From positions 20,545,846 through 20,609,845 of the forward strand of contig NC_090414.1 in the NCBI RefSeq assembly GCF_036365525.1: a stretch of DNA of 64,000 bases, in the 5' to 3' direction. Positions 46,301 through 58,479 of this stretch are shown piece after piece. Both the position numbers and the translations under genes were made by a program. This DNA is from Heterodontus francisci. Lineage: Eukaryota. The notes under the pieces are model-generated. The model did not search any database. It saw only the letters and a program-made list of their open reading frames with translations, and had not been told where the DNA came from. The stretch's first letter is position 1. Every line of letters starts with the position of its first letter.

Positions 46301-49300
46301 CTAGTGGGGTGGCTATCTTGTTGGCCCCGACTTTTCAGCCGGAGATCTTGGGGGTCAAGGAGCTAGTGCCGGGCTGCTTGCTCCACCTCGCCGTTCGCCT
46401 GGGTAGCGTGCCGCTCCACTTTGTGATCGTGTACGCGCCCAGACCCGGCACGTTGCAAGCGCGCTTCTTTGAAGAAGCGTCCGCTCTCTTGAGCTCCATC
46501 GATAGCGGCGAGTGCATCATCCTCGGGGGGGATTTTAACTGCACCCTCGAGGTGGGGGATCGCTCCAGTCCCCAGCGCGGCCAAGCGTTGGTGGAGAAGT
46601 TGAGGGAACTGATCAGCTCCCTTAACTTGGTGGACATCTGGTGGAATCTCCATCCCGACTCCAGCACCTTCACGTGGAGGTCTGGGGGAAGAGGGTCCCA
46701 AATCGACCACCTCTAATTTTCGCAGGCGTACGTCTCCCGCGTCTCGGCGGCCTCCATGCGGCTGGTGCCGTGCTCGGACCACCGCCTGGTGTGGGCGGAG
46801 TCCACTCCGCGCTGCACGCGGGCAGGGTCCGCGTACTAGCACTTCAACAACCGGCTGCTGGAGGACGTGCGATTCTGGGCTGACTGGAGAAGGAAGCAGG
46901 TGGGGGCTTCCCCTCCTTGAGGCTATGGTGGGATGTGGGCAAGACTCACGTGTCTTCTGTCAGGAGTATGCGAAGGGGTCGACCAAGAGGCGGGAAGCCG
47001 AGATCGGGCGCCTTGAGAGGGAGGTGCTCGACTTGGAGTCCCGCCTCGGTCATGCCGTCGTGGACCCGGCCCTGTGGCAGGCGTACAAAGAGAAGAAGGG
47101 CGCGCTGAGGGACCTGAGCTCATAGGGTCCCGAGGAGCGTACGTGAGGTCGCGGATCCAGATCCTGGAAGATTTGGACCGCACCTCACCCTTCTTCTGCT
47201 CGCTGCAATAAATGGCGGGGGGTCCGTAAGCAGCTCGTTGAGCTGCTGGCCGACGACGGATCCTCCATCACGGATCCGGAGGGAATGGGCCTCCTGGTCT
47301 GTACTTATTACAGTGCGTTGTTCTCTCCGGATCCGTCCAGCGAGGATGCGCGCAGAGTTTTGTGGGAGGACCTGCCGCAGGTCAGCCCGGAGGGCGCCGA
47401 AGGATTGGAGGCTCCGCTCACGTTGGCGGAGCTGACTGGCGCCCTCCACCAGCTCTCGAGGGGCAAATCCCCAGGGCTGGATGGGTTGACCGTGGAGTTC
47501 CTCAGGGCGTTCTGGGACGTCCTGGGGGACGATTACGCGCGGGTCCTGGGGGAAAGCCTGGCGACCGGGGAGATGCCCCTCTCGTGGCGCAGGGCGGTCA
47601 TCGTCCTGCTGCCAAAGAGGGGCGATCTCCGCCTGCTTAAAAACTGGCGTCCGGTCTCCCTCCTCAGCACGGATTATAAGATCTTTGCCCGGGCTATGTC
47701 TACCCGCCTGGGCTCCGTGCTGGCCCACATGATCCACCCCGACCAGTCCTACACGGTCCCGGGCCAGTCCATCCAGGACAACATCCACCTGGTCCAGGAC
47801 CTGATCCATCTTTCCCAGAGGACTGGTCAGTCGGTCGCCTTTCTCTCCCTCGATCAGGAGAAGGCGTTCAACAGGGTGGATCACGAATACCTTTTCGGGA
47901 CTCTGTGCGTTTTCGGACTAGGGCCGCATATCGTGTCCCAGGTCCGACTTTTATACGCCGCCGCAGAGTGTCTAGTCAAAGTTAACGGGTCCTTGACGGC
48001 GCCCCTTCGATTTGGGAGAGGAGTCAGGGATGCCCATGTCCGGCCAATCATATACCATCTGCGTGGAGCCCTTCCTGTGCCTGCTTCGCAGGAGGTTGAC
48101 GGGATTGGCTCTGCGCGAGCCGGCCATGCGGGTCGTCCTCTCGGCTTACGCCGATGACGTGCTCCTTGCGGGCACAGATTCCGTTGACTTGCGGAGGATG
48201 CGCGACTGCCAGCAGACCTTTTCTGCCGTGTCCTCCGCGAGGATCAATTGGGAGAAATGTTCCGGACTCCTGGTGGGTCAGTGGCGGGTGGACTCCCTGC
48301 CGGAGGAGATGACACCTTTTACGTGGAGCACCACGCACCTCCTCTATCTGGGAGTCCATCTTCACCTCGCTGAGGAAGCCTGGCCGGCAAACTGACAGGA
48401 GTTGGAGGCGAAAGTCACTGCTCGGCTAGGGCGCTGGACAGGACTGCTCCGAGTGCTTTCCTACAGGGGCCGAGCGCTGGTCGTAAACCAACTGGTGGCC
48501 TCCATGCTGTGGTATCGGTTGGTCACTTTGGCCCCACCCCCTGTATTTGCCACCAAGATCCAGAAGAAACTCGTCGATTTCTTCTGGGGCAAGAGGAAAC
48601 ACTGGGTCTCTGCCGCGGTCCTGAGTCTCCCAATCGAGGAGGGTGGCCAGTCGCTGGTGTGCATCCGCACCCAGGATGTGACCCTCCGCCTTCGGACCCT
48701 GCAGAGATACCAGTACGTCGAGCGTCCTCCCAGATGGTGTGCGCTGGCGACATATTTTTTCCGCCAGTGTCACTGCCTTCGAGACGACACGCAGCTCCCG
48801 GTGGAGTCCATTAGCCGCGCCTCTCTGAGGGAGTTGCCTGTCTTTTACCGGGATCTTTTCCGAGTCTGGAACATGGTCGCCTCCAGTCAGGGCGCTCCCC
48901 TGCCGCAAGAGGAGAGCGCTTCGGCTGTCTGGGCGGCCGACTCCGGGGAAAGACCGACGGGTGGAGGAGTAGCCGAAACCCCCCGGGACGCCCCTCACTG
49001 CGGGTGGCGAGGGGCCTCGGGAGTGCGGAGCAATCCCGGCCGAGCTGACCCCTGCTCGACCGAAACTGCTTATCGGACCCAGGCCCCAAAACCCTCTTTA
49101 GGAGCTGGTCCCGCAAACCCGAGCCGCCTCTCGGAAATGCCCTCCGTGCCATTCCAATTGGCGTGGAGGGGTTTCCTGTACGGGCTACTCCTGCACACTC
49201 TCCACTTCCTCACCCTCGTCAGCCGGCCGGACACGCCCTGGGTGGCGAGGGGAAACCCTGATAGAGGTCTCTCTACGCGGGAGTCTTCCCCCTTCACATC

Positions 49301-49755
49301 GGGGACTTGGGGTGGAGGGTGCTGCACAGGGCAGTCCCGTGCAATAGGCTTTTAAGTAGGTTCACGGACTCCCAGGCCGCCTGTACTTTCTGCGGCCTGG
49401 ACGAGTCCGTGTTCCATGTATATAGGGAGTGTGCGAGGTTGCAGCCCCTCTTTGAGTATTTGAAGGGGCTGCTCCTCAAATTCTGGCTGCACTTCAGTCC
49501 CACGCTCCTGATCTTTGGGCACCCGGTGCGGAGGGGCTTGAGCCGGGAGGAGGATCTCCTCGTCGGTCTGCTCCTGGGCCTGGCCAAGGTGGCAATTCAC
49601 AGGTCAAGGCTGCGGGTCGTCGGGGGGGTCCGTCCTCCCCGATTGCCTGCCCCTCTTCCGCGGTTACGTTCGCGCCCGGGTGTCCCTGGAGACGGAACAT
49701 GGGGTGTCCGCCGGTACGCTTGAGGCCTTCCGCGACCGGTGGGCACCGCAGGGAC
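43344..49755 (+). mobile_element. Older, decayed Tx1 copy E5 (lacks 3' UTR and poly(A)), tandem to E4
   Basis: 5' UTR related to E4; ORF1 start ATG->ACG near 44054; ORF2 from 46105 with several stops and frameshifts; ends abruptly at gggcaccgcagggac. Confidence 0.93.
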
Positions 49756-49950
49756 AACATTCCTCCCTGAACCAATAGCATCAAAAACAGACGACTGGCT
49801 TCAGTGTGTCTGTGGGACACCGTGATCCTGAAATGGCTGCTGCCGTTGCCTATACAGGGCCCATTTCAAATAAAACATTTAGCCCAGCTCTTGACAAATC
49901 CCAGCGTCGGGTGGGGGTGGGGAGTACATACGGACGGCTCCGAGGCTTAC

Positions 49951-50043
49951 CTCCAGCAGGATGTGATGCACTTTCTGCAGGAACTCCTCGCTGCTTTGGA
50001 ATTCGGGGGTCAGCTCGTTGGGAAGGTCGTTCCGGTGTCCGAT
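49951..50043 (-). CDS. TRMT112: TRMT112 exon 3
   Basis: IGHRNDLPNELTPEFQSSEEFLQKVHHILLE; AG acceptor and GTAAG donor; phase 0. Confidence 0.95.
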
Positions 50044-50883
50044 CTGTTGGAGGGAAAGAACGTTGAAAAGCCTTTTCTTGTTTCCCGGGAATGGGAGGAG
50101 GCCATTCAGCCCCTCGGGCCTGTTCCGGCCACTCAATTCCATCATCGCCTCGGATCCGTCACCCTCAACCCCCTTACCAGACAAAAATTTACCAATCTCA
50201 GTTTGAAATTTTCAGTTGCACCCCCCGCACCTCGACAGCTTTACTGGGGGGGAGAGAGTTCCAGATTTCCACTGCCCTTTGTGTGAAGAAGTGCTTCCTG
50301 ACATCACCCCTGAACGGCCAATGGGAGAGGCTGAGATATGACTAGCTGACCAACAATTCAGGCAGAGGTGCTGAAGGGAAGCTGGTGCCAATGGGGTAGG
50401 TGACCCAGCAAGGAGTCAGCACACTCAGCCAAGTCGGCGGAAATAAATAGGCGAGACGTGGCTGTGGACATAATTCAAATACTGCAGCGCCACCACTGGC
50501 AGGAGGGTGGAATTACAGCGTGATGCGTTTACATAGGAAATTCCCATTATATCCGCGGCCGCAGGTGTTTGCCATAGAAACACGAGGGTAAGTAGAGAAT
50601 GTATAATTTTAAAATACGGACTAAACTACATCTGGGAACCTGGATCAATTACCACCTGCACTCTTCTGTGTGAAAAAGACAAGTATCGTATTAAAGATTT
50701 TGTGCATGGACACGACCTGTTGCCGTGGTCACGCCTTTGTCTATATTTAACATTAAATGTGCCTATGTAAACAACTGCCTGTAATGGCACAATCACGGGC
50801 ACCAGGTGGCACTGTGGAGTGAACATCTCAGAGTGTAGGCCCTGCATGTCGGTGATTGCTTAGTTCAACTAGAAATACTTAAC

Positions 50884-50985
50884 GCTCTCTGCTGCATCGA
50901 CGAGCGCGCCCCACTCCATTTTCGGAATCATTCGTGCGATAAACTCCTGGTTGAAGTCCACGGTGTTGATCTTCACCTCTGTGGC
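50884..50985 (-). CDS. TRMT112: TRMT112 exon 2
   Basis: ATEVKINTVDFNQEFIARMIPKMEWGALVDAAES; AG/GT flanks; phase 0. Confidence 0.95.
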
Positions 50986-51079
50986 CTCAAGGCAAGAGGT
51001 AAATTTAAAAAAAAATCAAAATCTGGGTTTGGTTACAGATTAGAGCATCTCATTGATAGTGAGGCCCCATTTCCTACCC

Positions 51080-51535
51080 ATCTTTCAACCTGGGGGGTGG
51101 GGGGGTGTGATTACCCTCCCAGCCACAGTGGGCACAGTGACCTTCACTGTGACCCGGTGGTGCAATTAACCCTCCCAGTCACAGGGGGCGCAGCAACCCT
51201 CACTCTAACCCAGGATGTGATTAATCCTCCCAGCCACAGGGGGGGCACAGTGACCCTCACTCTAACCCAGGGGGGTGATTAACCCTCCAAGCCACAGGGG
51301 GGGGCACAGTGACCTTCACTCTAACCCAGGGGTGTTATTAACCCTCCATGCCACAGGGGGGGCACAGTGACCCTCACTCTAACCCAGGGGTGTGATTAAC
51401 CCTCCCAGCCACAGGGGGCGCAGTGACCCTCACTCTAACTCAGCATGTGATTAACCCTCCCAGCCACAGGGGGCGCAGTGACCCTCACTCTAACCCAGGG
51501 GTGTGATTAACCCTCCCAGCCACAGGGGGCGCTGT
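51080..51535. repeat. ~56-bp minisatellite (gtgattaaccctcccagccacagggggcgcagtgaccctcactctaacccagggg), about 8 copies, in TRMT112 intron 1
   Basis: Directly visible. Confidence 0.9.
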
Positions 51536-51636
51536 TGTTCACTATGGCGCCCGGTTTCAGGCGACTCGGAGCACCGCTGGCCCCAGGCTCCCCTTCCCTG
51601 CGGCTCAAACCCACTCCTCTCCTCGGCCCCACTCAC

Positions 51637-51711
51637 CCGCAGCAGCAGCGGGAAGCCGCGGCTCACCCCGCGGACATGCGAGCTCAGCAGGTTGTGCGTC
51701 AGCAGCTTCAT
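51637..51711 (-). CDS. TRMT112: TRMT112 exon 1
   Basis: MKLLTHNLLSSHVRGVSRGFPLLLR, the canonical Trm112 N-terminus; GTGAGT donor. The four exons give 123 aa. Confidence 0.97.
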
Positions 51712-51736
51712 GCCGGCTCCTCTCGGCGAACCTGCC

Positions 51737-51780
51737 GGATTGTAGTCCGTCTGCTTCTTCCTTCCCCTACCGGAAGTGGT
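51737..51780 (-). promoter_or_regulatory. TRMT112 promoter motifs: ACTACA (ZNF143/THAP11-type) and ETS/GABP CCGGAAGT
   Basis: ggattgtagtc (reverse complement gactacaatcc) at 51737-51747; ccggaagt at 51770-51777. Confidence 0.5.
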
Positions 51781-51859
51781 CCGTCTGCCTCTTCCTCCCC
51801 CCAAATGAGCTGAACAAACATTCCCGCTCTCTTTACAAGGGGAGGCGTACCCTTAGTTG

Positions 51860-53215
51860 CTAAATAATTTATCAAACGCTCTATTATTAAGGAAATCTTT
51901 ACAATACACTTAGAAAAGCACAGTATGATTAGAACAAGTTAACATAACTTTACTAAAGGACGTATTTAGAGTTTTTTGAGGGTGTAACTAGGAGGGTAGA
52001 TAAAGGGGAACCAGTAGATGTCGTATACCTGGATTTCCAAAAGGCATTCGTTAAGGTGCCTCATAAAAGATTAATAGGCAAGATAAGGGCTCACGGAGTT
52101 GGGGGTAATATATTAGTGTGAATAGAGGATTGGTTAACAGACAGGAAGCAAAGAGTGGGCATAAACTGGGTTCTTTGAAGTTGGCAGGCAGTGAATAGTG
52201 GAGTGCTGCAAGATGAGTGCTGGGGGCCTGAGCTATTTATAATCTATAGTAATGACTTAGATGAAGAGACAGAGAGTAATGTATCCAAGTTTGCTGATGA
52301 TGCAAATGTAGGTGGAAAGGTAAGCCGTGGGGAGGATGTGGAAAGGCTGCAAAGAGATATAGACAGGTTAAGTGAGTGGGCAACAAGATGGCAATTGGTG
52401 TGTAATGTAGAGAAATGTGAAGTTATTCACTTTGGTCATAAGAATAGAAAAGCAGAATTTTTTAAAAAAGGTGTGAAACTTGTAAGTGTCGATGTTCAAA
52501 GAGGCGTGGGTGTGCTTGTACAAGGAACGCAGAAAGTTAGCATGCAGATACAGTACAGCAAGCAATTAGGAAGGCAAATGGCATGTTGGCCTTTATTGCA
52601 AGGGGATTGGAGTACAGGAATAAAGATGTCTTGCTCCAATTGTACAGGGTTTTGGTGAGACCGCATCTGGAGTACTGTGCGCAGTTTTGATCTCCACATT
52701 TAAGAAAGGATATACTTGCATTGGAGGTGGTACAGTGAAGGTTCACTAAATTGGTCCCTGGGATGAGAGGTTTGTCCCATGATGAGAGACTAATGTGGGC
52801 CTGTATTCTCTGGAGTTTAGAAGAATGAGAGGTGATCTCATCGAAACATATAAGATTCTGAAGGGCTGGATAGGGTAGACACTGAGAGATTGTTTCCGAT
52901 GGTCGGGGAATCTAAAACACAGGGGCACAAATTCAGGATAAGAGGCCGATCATTTAGAACTGAGATGAAGAAAAATTACTTCACTCAAAGGGCTGTGAAT
53001 CTTTGGAATTCTCTACCCCAGAGGATTGTGGTTCCTCCATCTTTGAATATATTTAAAGCTGGGATAGATTTTTGGTCTCGCAGGGAATCAAAGGATATGG
53101 GGAGCGGCCGGAAAGTGGAATTGAAGCCTAAGGTCAGCCATGACTGTTTTGAATGGCGGAGCATGCTCGATGGGCCGAATGGTCGACTCCTGCTCCTATT
53201 TCTTGTGTTCTTGTA
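51860..53215 (+). mobile_element. Decayed CR1-type LINE ORF2 fragment
   Basis: VD.VYLDFQKAF.KVPH, KFADD, LQRDIDRL, LVRPHLEY and WNSLP remnants. Confidence 0.85.
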
Positions 53216-53804
53216 AAGAAGGTTAAAAAAGCACTTGGAGCAGTACTTGAAGTGCAGGAACGTACGAGGCTGGGAATTGGGATCAGGCTAGCCCAGACCC
53301 AATGGGTCAAATGGCCTCCTCGCTGCGGTAACTGTTTCCACGGCAACGGTCTTTTTGAGAAGAAAGTTGGATTTCTTTGGACGGCACGTCGCATTTAAAC
53401 TTTTTGCGAGTCGGCAGACGTGTGGGGGTGGGGGGGGGGGGTTGGTGGCGGAGGTTGTGAAGGCGCTCAGACCCAGCGCTACCTCGCCTCCAACTTTCTC
53501 TCGACTCCTCGACCGTCTCTGTGTCGTCAGACTGCTCGGCCTTGGTCGAGCCTCAGTTTGCTCCGGTTGCACGTTGGGAAAACCTAAGCCCTCGCCCCAC
53601 CCCACCACCTCCATACTCTCTCCGTAATATCCCCCTTCCCATCCCATCTGCTGAAACCCTCAACCGTGCCGTGGTCTGATTACACTCCTGCGAAGCACCT
53701 CAGGAGATTTGCCTGTGCTAACGGCGCTATGTAAATGCAAGTTTTTTGTTGTTGCGTTTAAATCCCCTCATGGCCATGCTACTCCCTCTGACCCTGGTCT
53801 CTCT

Positions 53805-54689
53805 CACATAGAATGGTTACAGTGCAGAAGGAGGCCATTCGGCCCATCGTGTCAGTGCTGGCTCGCTGTAAGAGCAACTCACCTAGTCCCACTCCCCTGG
53901 CTCTTCCCCCCACCCGTCGTCCTGAAAAGCTTTTCTCTTCAGATAATTATCCAATTCCCTGTTGAAAGCCACAATTGAACCTGCCTCCACCGCACTCTCA
54001 GGCAGTGCATTCCACATCCGAACCACTCACTGCGTAAAAAGGTTTCTCCCCATGACCTCGTTGCTTACTTTGCCGATCACCTTAAATCGGTGTCCTCTGG
54101 TTCCGGATCCTTCCACCAACGGGAACAGTTTCTCCCAATCTGCTCTGTCCAGACCCCTCATGATTTTGAACACCTCGATTAAATCCCTTCTCTTCTCCAA
54201 TCTATCCTCATAACTGAAGTCCCTCATCCCTGGAACCATTGTCGTGAATCTTTTCTGCACTCTCTCTGAAGCCTTCACGTCCTTCCTAAAGTGTTGCCCA
54301 GAACTGGACGCAATATTCCAATTGAGGCCAGTGTTTTAATTTCCTTGCTCTTGTACTCCATGCCCCTTTTAATAAAGCCCAGGATACTGTGCGCTTTATT
54401 GAACGCTCTCTCTCAACCTGCCCTGCCACCTTCAACGATTTGTGCACATAGACCCCCAGATCCCTCTGCTCCTGCACTCCCCTTTAGAATTGTACCCTTC
54501 ATTTTCCCTTGCCTCTCCTCCTTCTTATACCAAAATGAATCACTTCCCGCTTTTCCGCATTAAATTCCATCTGCCACATCTCCACCCATTCCACCAGCCT
54601 CTCTATGTCCCCTCGAAATCTATTGTCATCATCCTCCTAGTGTCATCTGAACATTTTGAAATTGTGCCCTGTACAGTGAAGTCTAGGTC

Positions 54690-54723
<34 letters not shown>

Positions 54724-55260
54724 AGTTAAGCAGGGGTCCTAACACTGACCCCGGGGGAACCCCAGTGTATGCCTTCCTCCAGTCTGAAAAACGACCGCTC
54801 ACCGCGACTCCCTGTTTTCTGTCACTTGGCCAACTTCGTATCCATGCTGCTATTGTCCCTTTTTAATAAAGCCTTTAACTGACAAGCCTGTTATGTGGTA
54901 TTTTATCAAACGCCTTTTGGATGTCCACATCACACCAACCACATTACCCTCATCAACCCTCTCTGTTACCCCATCAAAAAACTCAAGCAAGTTGGTTCAA
55001 CGGATAAAATGGTCAGAGAACGATGGGCTGCCTTTAAAGAGGATCTCTTCTCACCCCGTTGAAATTGGTCCTCTCCCAATTAAATATTTGTACTCTGGAT
55101 TGCTCCTTGTCCTTTTCCATAGCTGGCCTAAAGCTAATGATTCTATGGTGACTGGCCCCTAAATATCTCCCTACTGACATTTGGTTCACATGTTCCACCT
55201 CATTCCCCAGAAACAGATCCAGCAGTGCCTCCTTCCTCGTTGGACTGGAAACGTACTGTG
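53805..55260 (-). mobile_element. CR1-type LINE fragments
   Basis: Minus-strand remnants KRRDLIEVFKIMRGLD..TRGH, EQRDLGVYV and ALLDLFL. Confidence 0.75.
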
Positions 55261-55679
55261 CCCCCTTGAAGCCCCTCTTTAAACCCTCCTCTTTAACCAA
55301 ACCTCTGGTCAGCTCCCTGACCTCTATTTCTTGGACTCTGTGTACCTGTGTAAAGCCTCGAGGCACTTTTCTGTCTTCAAGGCCGCTATATAAATGCAAG
55401 TATTGCCGTTGAGAGAAGGTTCTGTGTTTTCACTTCAACGCGATTTCTCTATGCATCGTTGCGGTACAAAGACACTTCTTGCATGGACCCCACGAACATT
55501 CTGCAAAGCCTCAGAGTTCAGACGGACAGTTTGCCCTGGTTCCTGGTTACAGTAATTCAGAGAGAAGCAGCATTCAGTCTGGTGTGCAACCGCTGGTTTG
55601 CCCGCCTGGCGTCTGTGTCACAATGCTTACTACCTTGTGCGCCCGCTCTCTGCCAATAATATGTGTCGCAATATGAGGC

Positions 55680-56565
55680 TGGCCTTCTCGAGGGCAATTA
55701 GGAATGGGCAATAAATGCTGGCCTTGCCAGCGATGCCCACATCCCACAAACAAATAGCTGAGAATTTATGTTAATCCTTAGACAGAACCTCGGTTAGCTC
55801 ACAGTTACAGCACAGTTCCGGTCTCTACATTATAAAAAGGATTTGACCCAGCGACAATGAAGGAACGGTAATATAGTTCCAGGTCAGGGGAACTTGCGGG
55901 TGGTGGTGTTCCCACGCATCTGCTGCCCTTGTACTTCTAGGTAGTAGAGGTCGCGGGTTTGGAAGGTGCTGTCGAAGGAGCCTTGGTGAGTTGCTGCAGT
56001 GCATCTTGTAGATGGTACACACTGCTGCCACTGTGCGTCGGTGGTGGAGGGAGTGAATGTTTGTAGATGGGGTGCCAATCAAGCGGGCTGCTTTGTCCTG
56101 GATGGTGTCGAGCCTCTTGAGTGTTGTTGGAGCTGCACCCATCCAGACAAGTGGAGAGTATTCCATCACACTCATGACTTGTGCCTTGTAGATGGTGGAC
56201 AGGCTTTGGGGAGACAGGAGGTGAGTTACTCACCGCAGAATTCCCAGCCTCTGGCTTGCTCTTGTTTATATGTTTATGTGGCTGGTCCAGTTCAGTTTCT
56301 GGTCAATGGTAGCCCCTAGGATGTTGATAGTGGGGGTTTCAGTGATGGTAATGCCATTGAATGTCAAAGGGAGATGGTTAGATTCTTTCTTGTTTGAGAT
56401 GGTCATTGCCTGGCACTTGTGTGGCATGAATGTTACTTGCTACTTATCAGCCCAAGCCTGGATATTGTCCAAGTCTTGCTACACTTCTACATGGACTGCT
56501 TCAGTATGTGAGGAGTCGTGAATGGTGCTGAACATCGTGCAATCATCGGCGAACATCCGCACTTT
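55680..56565 (-). mobile_element. LINE 3' portion (CR1/L2 group)
   Basis: SVMEYSPL.W.GAAPTTLKRLDTIQDKAARLI; ends at the FADD region; same family as 59330-60270. Confidence 0.8.
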
Positions 56566-56567
56566 CT

Positions 56568-56890
56568 GTGGCGCAGTGGTTAGCACCGCAGCCTCACAGC
56601 TCCAGCGACCCGGGTTCAGTTCTGGGTACTGCCTGTGCGGAGTTTGCAAGTTCTCCCTGTGACCACGTGGGTTTTCGCCGGGTGCTCCGGTTTCCTCCTA
56701 CATGCCAAAGACTTGCGGGTTGATAGGTAAATTGGCCATTGTAAAATTGTAGTGTAGGTAGGTAGAATTGAGGGAAGGTGGGGATGTGAGTGGGAAATGG
56801 GATTAATGCAGGATTAGTATAAATGGGTGGTTGATGGTCGGCACAGACTCGGTGGGCCGAAGGGCCTGTTTCAGTGCTGTATCTCTCTGT
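56568..56890 (+). mobile_element. HE1-like V-SINE (tRNA-derived)
   Basis: A-box gtggcgcagtggttagc, B-box gggttcagttct, V-domain-like gggtgctccggtttcctcc and tail gggccgaagggcctgtttcagtgctgtatctct. Confidence 0.8.
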
Positions 56891-57025
56891 GACCTTGTGA
56901 TGGCCTATGTCTGTGCTGTAGACTTCTTTGTGCAAGGTGGAAGGAGGGAAGATGGAGGGGTGGGAGGAGAGGGCAAATGCGTCACTGTGAATATTGTCCA
57001 CCAGCAACACTGGAGCCAAAACTGC

Positions 57026-57215
57026 ACAGTGCGCATGCTCTGTGCCAGTCACCCTAGGAGGGCAGTGCGCATGCTCTGTGCCAGTCACCCTAGGAGGGCA
57101 GTGCGCATGCTCTGTGCCAGTCACGGTCGGATGACAGTGCGCATGCTCAGTGTCCAGTCATCCTGAGTGGGCACGGAGGGTGGGGGGCGGCGCTCGGGAA
57201 TGCGAGCATGCGCGC
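57026..57215 (+). promoter_or_regulatory. PRDX5 promoter: 35-36-bp tandem repeat carrying NRF1-like TGCGCATGCTC sites
   Basis: Four gtgcgcatgctc copies (about 57029, 57065, 57101, 57137) and gagcatgcgc near 57204. Confidence 0.55.
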
Positions 57216-57329
57216 TGGCGGCCGAGGGACGGTAACCAGGAGTGATCGGGCCTGGCGAGGAGGCGGAGGCTGGGGGGAGGGGAAAAGGGAAAATGGAGGG
57301 CGGGCGCTGAGCAGCTCATAAAGAGCAGG

Positions 57330-57422
57330 ATGAGGCAGCTGTTGTGCCAGAGGCTTCGTGGAAGCGTGCGTTGCGTTTGGAGGCCCATTCACCGTTCTGC
57401 AGCCGCCGCCATGCCCATCAAG
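57330..57422 (+). CDS. PRDX5: Peroxiredoxin-5 exon 1 (mitochondrial presequence and second start MPIK); remaining exons not seen in the window
   Basis: MRQLLCQRLRGSVRCVWRPIHRSAAAA-MPIK|GT: an Arg-rich, acid-free presequence followed by an in-frame second ATG at 57411 in a gccgccgccATG context. Divergent from TRMT112 as in human 11q13. Confidence 0.8.
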
Positions 57423-58479
57423 GTAAAAGGGGGGAGGTCAGAGGTCAAGCTGGCTGCAGGCCCAGGGTCACTTTGCCTTGACCACTGATGCCAGGGCCAG
57501 TGGGCAGGGGGGGGGGAAATCATCCCTATCCCCCTCTCCCCAGTCCTGCTTCGATGAACTACCAGCTTCAGGGAGCCAGAGGCGAAGGAAGTTCCAGGAA
57601 AATGACCACCTTAGCACCAGGAGTTGACCATTCGGCCCTTCCAGCCTGTTCTGCTATCCAGTGGCTGATCTGCCTCCTAACTCCACATACCCACCCTTGA
57701 CCCTTAATACCTTTGGCTAACAAAAATCTGTCTCCGATTTAAGGTGAATGAATCCGTCAGGGCTTGCTGTTCGCAGAAAAGGGATTCTAAACTTCTCTCG
57801 CCCCGTTGTGTGTCAAAGTGTTTCCTAATTTCACTCCTAATATGCTGGATTGAATTTTTAGACTAATCCTGGACTCCCCAAGTGGCAGAAATACTTTCCC
57901 TCTATCGACCCTATATGCCCCTTTAATATTTGATCAAATCACCTTGAAACCTTCTAGATTCCATCTGGTTTGTTGAGACTCGCCTTGCAATTTAACCCTT
58001 GGGGTTCGAGATTGATATAGACCTGCTTAAACATCTAGAGCTGGGGTTGCTTTTAGGAGTGGGTGGGATCGAGGGTTTGAATCCAATTTGGTTGGATCTG
58101 AAAGACTAGTTTGCTCGTCTAAATGTTTGCCAAATCCAGAATACAAAGGAGTGTTCTCAGTAGGAATTTAAAAGAAACCGGTCAACTGGGATTATACGCA
58201 GCAAATCTTTTAGTATTTTTAAAATGTGTGAAGACAGGCTAACGTTGAATGAGTGAGTGGCATTTTTCACCTCTCTTTGCAGGTTGGTATGTATGAAAAC
58301 TATCTGTCTTTGTTAAATTCAAAAGGTCCAATTAGATCGCTTTGTTTTAAAGTCCGTCTCTCTTTTCTCCCCCCCCCCCCCCCCCTTCCCCCATGTGCGT
58401 TTGGTGAGCTGTGATTTTCCACTTGAGGCAAGTGTTTTCTTTCCTTTGTTCCTTGTCTGTATCTAAAACAAGAAAGATA

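Noticed and set aside
51130-51400. CACAGTG heptamers suggesting V(D)J recombination signal sequences
   Set aside because: No ACAAAAACC-like nonamer at 12- or 23-bp spacing and no Ig/TCR segments nearby.
58262-58295. Strong acceptor followed by GTT GGT (Val-Gly), a candidate PRDX5 exon 2
   Set aside because: The downstream translation (VGMYENYL...) does not resemble PRDX5 and no PGAFTPGCS motif appears in the window. A 4-nt microexon cannot be supported without RNA data.
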